Source: a virus
Reading direction: 5' to 3' (one strand)
Virus record (IMG/VR): IMGVR_UViG_3300031417_000382
Span: 66,150 to 88,999 of that record
DNA: 22,850 nucleotides
Positions 17,002 to 22,850 of this stretch are shown here, piece by piece; position 1 is the stretch's first letter, and every line of letters starts with the position of its first letter. Both the position numbers and the translations under genes were made by a program. Below the pieces are notes generated by a model, which worked only from the letters and a program-made list of their open reading frames with translations, was not told where the DNA came from and ran no database searches.

Positions 17002-17373
17002 TCAGATGTAGTGTGAGAGGATATTTCCAAGAGCTACTGTGTTTGTACCTCTAGTAAACTCGAATCGAACGTTACCGACGCCTGAGATGAAGAGTTCTAC
17101 CTCGGCATCAATGTCAAATGTACCTGCTGTTTCAACAGAGAAAGCTGCGATCTTTGAGTACGGTAGGAATGTGCAGTCTGCCTTCTTGCCCGTGACTCCT
17201 TGAACGTTCAGTGAGATAATGTGCCGGTCAGTAAAGACCACACTATCTCTTACACCTTTCGCAGCAAAAAGAACCTTACTGCTACTTCCAATGAAGCTAT
17301 AGATCCGAGAGTCGACCTCAGTCACATCAATTTGAGACAGTTTGAGGATCGAGCCGTTTTGGAAGTCGATCAA
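17002..17373 (-). CDS. Bacterial PH domain protein (bPH_1)
   Basis: RDSVVFTD....LNVQGVTGKK.D...LPYSKI.AFSVETAG.FD.D.E.EL; TTG start overlaps the upstream TGA (TTGA coupling). Confidence 0.85.
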   Translation of the reverse strand: MIDFQNGSILKLSQIDVTEVDSRIYSFIGSSSKVLFAAKGVRDSVVFTDRHIISLNVQGVTGKKADCTFLPYSKIAAFSVETAGTFDIDAEVELFISGVGNVRFEFTRGTNTVALGNILSHYI

Positions 17374-17615
17374 CGCTGTGCTCTTTTACTTTCAACTGCT
17401 CGAGCTAAATCAGCAACGTCCCACTCAAGAGGGCCGTCTTTAAGCTGTTCTACAACTCTTTCAGCGATGGCTCGGGCATCGTCGTCAGGATTTTCTTCAA
17501 GTTCTCTCGTAAGAGCAAGATTTAGCTTCTGCTCTTCAAGCTTGATCTGACGCTGAATCGCCTCCTGCTCTTCGAGATTCTCGTTTTCGCCGAAGTCAAC
17601 TGTAGCATGGAACAT
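17370..17615 (-). CDS. Acidic helical hypothetical protein (81 aa)
   Basis: AGGAG SD; translationally coupled to the PH gene. Confidence 0.7.
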   Translation of the reverse strand: MFHATVDFGENENLEEQEAIQRQIKLEEQKLNLALTRELEENPDDDARAIAERVVEQLKDGPLEWDVADLARAVESKRAQR

Positions 17616-17648
17616 GTGTTCTCCTAAAGATGGGTTACTAAGAGCATA

Positions 17649-18497
17649 TCAGTTCAAGTACTCGGTCTCTAGCTCCTCTAGCCACAGTACTCCGGATGAG
17701 TTCTTAGCTTCATCCTTTCCGAAGCATACGGCGTGAACCTCTCCACCTTTACGATGCTTTCCGATACCGCTTTGAAGCGATACCGTCGAGTCAAGTGGCA
17801 CATGGTAGTGACCATGAAGCCAAAGCTTTGGTAGTACACCCTCGGCAACTTTTTGAAGAGACTCTCGAGAAGACTGCGCAAAAGCAAAGTCATCAGCGTT
17901 CCATCTAGAGTGATCCGCTCGATGACTGTTGCAGATCGGAGCTTCCGCAAATACATCGTGAGCTAGGAGTACGTCTACAGACCCGAGACGACGAGCCTCG
18001 GCTATCGTATTTTCTACGTCGAGTACGGAAATTCGCTCTTGAGGCCACCAAACCTTTGCACGGGCCTTGGGAGAGTTATTCCATTCCTGGCGCCAACGGT
18101 AGTCAATAGAAGCGGCGCCTCCAATGCTTAAGAAGGTTCTTCCCGAGATCGTAAGACTCTGACCTCTCTTGAAGTAAAGAATGCGTGGTGCTTTCGGCTC
18201 GTAGTTGAATCCAGCAAAATCGCCTTCCTCAACAGTAGAGAAGCGTTCTACCAGATCGTAGTTCTCGTGATTGCCGAGAGTTACAAACAACCATTGATCT
18301 TTAGCTTCGAGGCTGCGTGCTATTCGAGTACGGAACTTGTCTGCTGAGTATTCTAACAGCGAGCCAAAGACTCCGAAGTCTCCAAGCTGAAAGATGTAGC
18401 GTACCTGGTTCTTCGAAAATAGTTCAAGTGTTTTGAGAGCGTGTGCGGTGTTTCCGTGCCAGTCGCCGGCGACGCCGACGTAGGTTGCCTCGAGCAT
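17649..18497 (-). CDS. Calcineurin-like metallophosphoesterase
   Basis: GDWHG, LGDFG, GNHE, AHD, HGHYH metal-binding motifs; GGAASID loop. Confidence 0.9.
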   Translation of the reverse strand: MLEATYVGVAGDWHGNTAHALKTLELFSKNQVRYIFQLGDFGVFGSLLEYSADKFRTRIARSLEAKDQWLFVTLGNHENYDLVERFSTVEEGDFAGFNYEPKAPRILYFKRGQSLTISGRTFLSIGGAASIDYRWRQEWNNSPKARAKVWWPQERISVLDVENTIAEARRLGSVDVLLAHDVFAEAPICNSHRADHSRWNADDFAFAQSSRESLQKVAEGVLPKLWLHGHYHVPLDSTVSLQSGIGKHRKGGEVHAVCFGKDEAKNSSGVLWLEELETEYLN

Positions 18498-18635
18498 GAG
18501 GAGTCCTATCTTAATTCTAGCCTTCGAGAGCCGTGCTTATACGGTATCTAAAGGCTGTAGCTGTCAGTTAGAGCGATTATTAGGCTTCTGTTGCGTTCAT
18601 GTGCGAAGAACGATAGAAGCTGCTTAGAATGACAG

Positions 18636-19103
18636 CTAGCGCGAAGAGCGCGAGTTGTGCTCGCTGTAATCCGGCTTGGTTCGCGTATAGGTGTTACGAA
18701 ATAGCGGAGAGCTAATGAGATAGTCAGCGGTAGCACGATTAGACGCGACCGGGATGTTCCAAACCTGCGCTAAGCGAAGAAGCGCCTTTACATCAGGGTC
18801 GTGCGGCTGCGGTTCCATCGGATCCCAGAAGAAGACGAGGAAGTCAATCTTCTCCTCCGCGATGAGGCTACCGATCTGTTGATCGCCTCCAAGCGGACCA
18901 GAGAGTAGCTTATGAACCGGCACATCAAGAGCCTCTTCGAGCATCTTTCCGGTGGTACCGGTTGCGTAAAGCTGCGTGTTTACTAAAACTCTAGCGTTGT
19001 AGCGAGCCCAGTCGATAAGCTCGCTTTTCTTCCCATCGTGTGCGACAAGCGCGACACGGCGAGGAAGAGCCAGCGGCTCTGTAAGATCGACTACAGTAGG
19101 CAT
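18636..19103 (-). CDS. mgsA: Methylglyoxal synthase
   Basis: VALVAHDGKK, LYATGTTG, SGPLGGDQQIG, FFWDP..PQPHDPDVKALLR, NIPVASNRATAD: all hallmark motifs. Confidence 0.95.
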   Translation of the reverse strand: MPTVVDLTEPLALPRRVALVAHDGKKSELIDWARYNARVLVNTQLYATGTTGKMLEEALDVPVHKLLSGPLGGDQQIGSLIAEEKIDFLVFFWDPMEPQPHDPDVKALLRLAQVWNIPVASNRATADYLISSPLFRNTYTRTKPDYSEHNSRSSR

Positions 19104-19129
19104 GAAAGAACTATCGCCATCTCTTACGC

Positions 19130-19169
19130 AAGACTCACCACAGGCTAGCTTACGCCTGTGGTGAGTCTT
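19130..19169 (-). terminator. 16-bp perfect hairpin
   Basis: AAGACTCACCACAGGC (19130-19145) / GCCTGTGGTGAGTCTT (19154-19169); TAAGAG follows on minus. Confidence 0.7.
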
Positions 19170-19178
19170 TGAGGTGCT

Positions 19179-19415
19179 TCAGAAGTTAAGCGGAGAAGAA
19201 ATCCTAGCAACAAGCTTCGTGTTGAAGTCAGGGTCTGCGTAGTCAATTGTCTCGACGTGGTCCCCGTTGACAAATAGCTGGAGTGTTTCGTCCCCCTCAG
19301 TAACAAACTCGACTTCGTTCTCCCCATCCAACGAACGAAGTACAGTGTCCGAAACGCCCTCAGCTAGTCCGAGCTCAACGTAATCCTTTACGAAGACCTT
19401 TCCTAGATCACTCAT
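19179..19415 (-). CDS. Small acidic hypothetical protein (78 aa)
   Basis: GAGGAG SD, 11 nt after the upstream stop. Confidence 0.7.
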   Translation of the reverse strand: MSDLGKVFVKDYVELGLAEGVSDTVLRSLDGENEVEFVTEGDETLQLFVNGDHVETIDYADPDFNTKLVARISSPLNF

Positions 19416-19426
19416 AGCTGCTCCTC

Positions 19427-20611
19427 TTACTTAGCTTCCGTGACCCGCAAAGAAGCAGTCACACCTTGGAAGATCTTACCGAAGGTTTCAGCCGGGAGAA
19501 TGGTCTGGGCGAGCTGTGGGTCAATCTCGCGCTTAGTTACCGTAATGCTTTTGAGCTCTTCGAGCGTAAGCTTTTCTACTGCAAGTGTCCCAGCGATGTT
19601 CTGGCGACGGGTTACGAGTAGTCCGTTGCTCTGAGAACGCGCCGGCACAAAGACCGGGCCACTGGTGTTAGCGACGGCCTTCTTTACAGCTCCGTTACTC
19701 TCATCCACGCTCTTTTTAAGAGCACTAACAGTGCCAACATTCTTTCGAACGCCACCGTAGAACTCGGCCACACTCTTAAGGCTATCTTCAAGCTTTGCGT
19801 CTGTGGTGTCGCCGTTGAAAGTGGTACGTGGCTGAATGCTTAGAACTTCAGGCTTGATCTCTTTTCCGATGACAAAATCCACAACCTGTGACTCAGTGGT
19901 AATTTCTGCAAGGCGTTCCGACGAGAGCTTCTCTCGAGCTGCGTCGATAGAATAGCTTGTTTTATCGCTCTTAAGTTTCTCCTGAAGACCAGCCGGAAGC
20001 TTGTCGAACTCATCCTGTGAGAAAGCCGGCTTAAGAGTCATAGAGAACGAGCCAGCTTCAGTCTTGAGCGAGAACTTATCTTTACTAGCCGTCTCGTGCT
20101 TAAGAAGCTCGTTAATGGCCCCGACGATCTTCTCACGCCCTGCTTCTACAGCCTTGACTTCTTGCTTTGCCTTAAGCTGCTGATCAACGTTTGCGCGTGA
20201 GTTGTCTTCGAGTCGGAAAGCTCCGGAAGGCAGAACGTTCGCGTGCGAAAGCTTCTGAACAAGCCACTCATTACCCCGGCTCTCAGCGTAGGCAATTGAC
20301 TCCTTTAGTCGACGCTGAGCTCGCTCTGGGTTTGCGTCATCGTAGGTGATGCCGGTGACCTGAGCACGAAGCTTCACAAGCTCCTGAGCCATGTCAGCGT
20401 TCTTAGCGCGAAGTTCTTGCTCTTTAGCCGTGAGGCGTATCTTCTTCGAAGTAGAAGCTGTCTGCTCTTCGTAGGCGTTCTTGAGACGAGTCTCGTATTC
20501 TTCACGAGCCTGAGCAATGGTCGAGAAGTGATTGTCCTCGCCACCAAAAGGGCAGGACTGTACTGAGGCGGTGCAGCGACCAGGGCCGTTCGGGCCGATG
20601 TGTGACTTCAT
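19427..20611 (-). CDS. Coiled-coil protein of unknown function with N-terminal HCCH tag
   Basis: MKSHIGPNGPGRCTASVQSCPFGGEDNHFSTIAQAREEYE then a coiled coil; AGGAG SD. Confidence 0.8.
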   Translation of the reverse strand: MKSHIGPNGPGRCTASVQSCPFGGEDNHFSTIAQAREEYETRLKNAYEEQTASTSKKIRLTAKEQELRAKNADMAQELVKLRAQVTGITYDDANPERAQRRLKESIAYAESRGNEWLVQKLSHANVLPSGAFRLEDNSRANVDQQLKAKQEVKAVEAGREKIVGAINELLKHETASKDKFSLKTEAGSFSMTLKPAFSQDEFDKLPAGLQEKLKSDKTSYSIDAAREKLSSERLAEITTESQVVDFVIGKEIKPEVLSIQPRTTFNGDTTDAKLEDSLKSVAEFYGGVRKNVGTVSALKKSVDESNGAVKKAVANTSGPVFVPARSQSNGLLVTRRQNIAGTLAVEKLTLEELKSITVTKREIDPQLAQTILPAETFGKIFQGVTASLRVTEAK

Positions 20612-20614
20612 GAT

Positions 20615-20659
20615 AGCTCCTGAGCTTGAGAGTATACATGTCTCTCTAACTCAGGAGCT
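20615..20659 (-). promoter_or_regulatory. SD-sequestering hairpin / terminator
   Basis: AGCTCCTGAG (20615-20624) / CTCAGGAGCT (20650-20659) plus inner GAGAG/CTCTC. The 3' arm on minus contains the AGGAG SD; TATACT lies at the loop. Confidence 0.55.
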
Positions 20660-20660
20660 T

Positions 20661-20822
20661 TTACGAACGACGCTTTCGAGCCTTGTGAGCGTAGTCCTTT
20701 GCCTTACCTCCGTTGATGAGAAAGAGGACACGATAGGTCCACATCTCTCGCACCCGCATAAGGTACTCACGAACACCGCGATTTCTAAGCACGTCCTTGT
20801 GCGTCTTAAGCCTACTCACCAT
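20661..20822 (-). CDS. Small very basic protein (53 aa)
   Basis: Not in the ORF track. MVSRLKTHKDVLRNRGVREYLMRVREMWTYRVLFLINGGKAKDYAHKARKRRS; AAGGAGG SD inside the lipoprotein 3' end; fills the gap exactly. Confidence 0.65.
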   Translation of the reverse strand: MVSRLKTHKDVLRNRGVREYLMRVREMWTYRVLFLINGGKAKDYAHKARKRRS

Positions 20823-21162
20823 CTGAGTCCTCCTTCTTCAGCTCTGTCATCGGGATCTTCTTCTGATCCGGAAGGTCCGCGCACCGCTTGTCGTAGTCGG
20901 GGAATCGAATCAGCGTAGGAGCAGAAGTACTATCGTTCGAGAGTGTTGCTGCCCAACCAAACTTACCAGCACAGAAGTACGCAACGTTGGGGATGTTGTC
21001 AGCATTCCGGTAGAGCTCTACGAGCTGCGTGTCGTAGAGAGAGTCAGGAAGCTTACCACCTCCGACAGTCCGATCCTGGTTTGCAGTGGGCGTGCATCCG
21101 GCGAGCACAAGTGTTACGGCGCCGGCGGCCACAAGAGCGATGGAAAGCTTCTTGATGTTCAT
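20812..21162 (-). CDS. Lipoprotein
   Basis: MNIKK + hydrophobic stretch + LAGC lipobox; two more Cys; GAGGAG SD. Confidence 0.8.
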   Translation of the reverse strand: MNIKKLSIALVAAGAVTLVLAGCTPTANQDRTVGGGKLPDSLYDTQLVELYRNADNIPNVAYFCAGKFGWAATLSNDSTSAPTLIRFPDYDKRCADLPDQKKIPMTELKKEDSDGE

Positions 21163-21333
21163 GGAATCTCCTCAGAGTGTTGAGGTCAACGATACCATCG
21201 GAGTACGCTCTCCGCAATAACGCTTTCATTGAGAGCTCAAGCTGATTTGCACACTGAACTCGCAGGCTTAGCTTCGAACCTATCCATGGATCTCGGCATA
21301 ATAACTGTAGTAAACAATCGGCTGGAGGAAGCT

Positions 21334-21906
21334 ATGCAGACGTTCTTGCCTTACGCATCTTACACTAAGAGCGCGAAAGCTCTCGACAATAAGCGTCTCG
21401 GGAAGCAGCGTGTAGAAACACTTCAGGTGCTTCAGGTGCTCCTCGGTGAGAGACTCGTCACATCAGACAAGACCACAGTACTGGTCAAAAGTAAGGACGA
21501 AAACGGCGATCCTGCGCTTGTTGAGCGAACTCGAAAAGTCCCCCGACCGAAGGATGAGTGGGATCGCGAACCGGTTAAATCTAAGGGTTGGGGTCATCAT
21601 CCAGCTGTTATGATGTGGCGTGGACACGAGCTTGAGCTTCTCAAGTATCAAGAAGCTATCTGCAACGAGTGGACTAGTCGAGGGTTTAATGATTCTTGCT
21701 TAGAGAAGACTCATTATCTGGTAGCACCCTATCTTGATGAGCTTAAAGAGGGTGTACCGAGTTTTGTGGGAGACAATGATTTCCACACAAGTCACAAGAG
21801 CAATCTAATCCGCAAGGATGAGGCACACTACGGTAAGCAGTGGGATGGGTTAAACGGTGACCTACCGTATCTTTGGCCTGTTACGATCGCGGGAGATCAG
21901 AAGTAG
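21334..21906 (+). CDS. Pyrimidine-dimer DNA glycosylase/endonuclease V-like protein (MSMEG_6728 family)
   Basis: Start moved to ATG 21334 (GGAGG SD). MQTFLPY...SA..LD.KRLGKQRVETLQ, GW.HHPAV.MWRGH, EW..RG..D, H.SH.SNL.RKD..HY, LPY.WP. Confidence 0.85.
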   Translation: MQTFLPYASYTKSAKALDNKRLGKQRVETLQVLQVLLGERLVTSDKTTVLVKSKDENGDPALVERTRKVPRPKDEWDREPVKSKGWGHHPAVMMWRGHELELLKYQEAICNEWTSRGFNDSCLEKTHYLVAPYLDELKEGVPSFVGDNDFHTSHKSNLIRKDEAHYGKQWDGLNGDLPYLWPVTIAGDQK

Positions 21907-21962
21907 TAGGCTAGAGAACTAGCTTCATGTCGAACTCTTTTTAGTTCGAGCAAGCTCTGTAA

Positions 21963-22850
21963 TCAGTAATTCAGATATTCTGGTGAGTGCTCCTGAAGCC
22001 AGTCTTCTGGATCTTCGTCGAGTGAGTATGTACCCATAGGTTCTATTTCTCGAGCTGTAAGCTTTCGATAGCCAAGCACTTTTATAGCCTTTGGCTTTAC
22101 TGCTAACGAAACAGAGCCAGAGTCTTCATACATATTTAGATAGCGTACGACATCGTCTGCCTTCCCTGCTTCGACCTGAAAGTCGTTCTCGGATTCTTGG
22201 TGAAGCTCATCGTCAATAGAGCTTTCTGAACTCACTTCGAGCACGTAGAGGTAAGGGCGATCTAAAAGCTGTGCAGCTCTATCGGCTGCTGCACGTTCGC
22301 TTCCCAGATGCACACGGTCGGGGCCGTCTGATGACTGTATGGCTTTATCCCAATTAGCGACACTGCTCGTGTGATACCAGAGTATCTTTGAGACGTTAGC
22401 CTTGTCCACAGCTGAAAAAGTCTGTGAATCAGGATTAGGCGCTACAGCAATGCCAACCTGAGAAGCTACTGAAGCTGCTGCTACCACTGTTGAACAGCTC
22501 TGACACTTTACAAAAGTTCCTGGCTCTTGAAGATAGAGAGCCACTGCTGCATTACCGATACGTTCGCCACACTTAAGACAGTGTACCGCACGGTTAGGAT
22601 TGCTCTCTAGCTCAGCTTTAAGAGTGGGCTCTTTACCAACCCTCGCTGTCATAGTAGGAAAGAGATAGTCATATTCACTCCCGGACAGCTCCTTCACCGG
22701 TAAAGAAAAAGTTAACTGACTAAGCTCAAAGGCTTCAACAGCTTCTTTTCGGCTCGAGTAATGATCTGACTCTAGATCACCGAAAGGACATGACTTCTTG
22801 GCTCTACAAACTCCGACATCGCCGGTGCTTGGATTGATGTGAAACGACAA
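21963..22850 (-). CDS. HCCH-tagged protein with Zn ribbon and putative ADP-ribosyltransferase-like domain
   Basis: The TTG is at the window edge, so the start is unverified, but it matches the tag position in the other four proteins. CLKC...CQSC; WYHTS...VHLGS..AA...LY.LEV...YLNMYED resembles ART-fold strands. Confidence 0.65.
   Translation of the reverse strand: MSFHINPSTGDVGVCRAKKSCPFGDLESDHYSSRKEAVEAFELSQLTFSLPVKELSGSEYDYLFPTMTARVGKEPTLKAELESNPNRAVHCLKCGERIGNAAVALYLQEPGTFVKCQSCSTVVAAASVASQVGIAVAPNPDSQTFSAVDKANVSKILWYHTSSVANWDKAIQSSDGPDRVHLGSERAAADRAAQLLDRPYLYVLEVSSESSIDDELHQESENDFQVEAGKADDVVRYLNMYEDSGSVSLAVKPKAIKVLGYRKLTAREIEPMGTYSLDEDPEDWLQEHSPEYLNY

Noticed and set aside
572-19169. Hairpins as REP/MITE elements or CRISPR repeats
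   Set aside because: Stems share no sequence, are not regularly spaced and each follows a stop codon; no cas or transposase genes.
3212-21906. Longest-ORF starts at 4126, 6818, 10270, 16221 and 21229
   Set aside because: Downstream starts (4066, 6683, 10303, 16137, 21334) have better SD or promoter context and match family N-termini.
10043-22850. HCCH tag as a DNA-level repeat, mobile element or intein
   Set aside because: Conservation is at the amino-acid level with indels and divergent codons; no terminal repeats or splicing motifs; always N-terminal.

Overview
A gene-dense window of about 30 CDS on both strands. It has no rRNA, tRNA or CRISPR and no ribosomal or other core operon. The gene mix suggests the accessory region of a large (jumbo-type) phage or giant extrachromosomal element with an actinobacterial host: SfsA nuclease, vWA/metallopeptidase, free-standing GIY-YIG homing endonuclease, two RNA ligases, RNase H, SF2 helicase, DnaQ-BRCT exonuclease, thymidine kinase, metallophosphoesterase, methylglyoxal synthase and a pyrimidine-dimer glycosylase-like protein. 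This is inference, because no virion genes are in view. The main observation is that five unrelated minus-strand proteins (SF2 helicase, very basic protein, Cys-His-Asp transglutaminase/papain-like protein, coiled-coil protein, Zn-ribbon + ADP-ribosyltransferase-like protein) start with the same ~40-aa His-Cys-Cys-His module. This suggests a shared addressing tag, for example for capsid loading or co-injection. Other signals: long U-less hairpins followed by T(A/G/T)AGAG, a GATA-core candidate promoter before about half the genes, an RNA switch hiding the homing endonuclease SD, a recoded 3' end of the neighbouring RNA ligase, and a duplicated two-gene membrane unit. All family calls come from motif recognition, not database searches.
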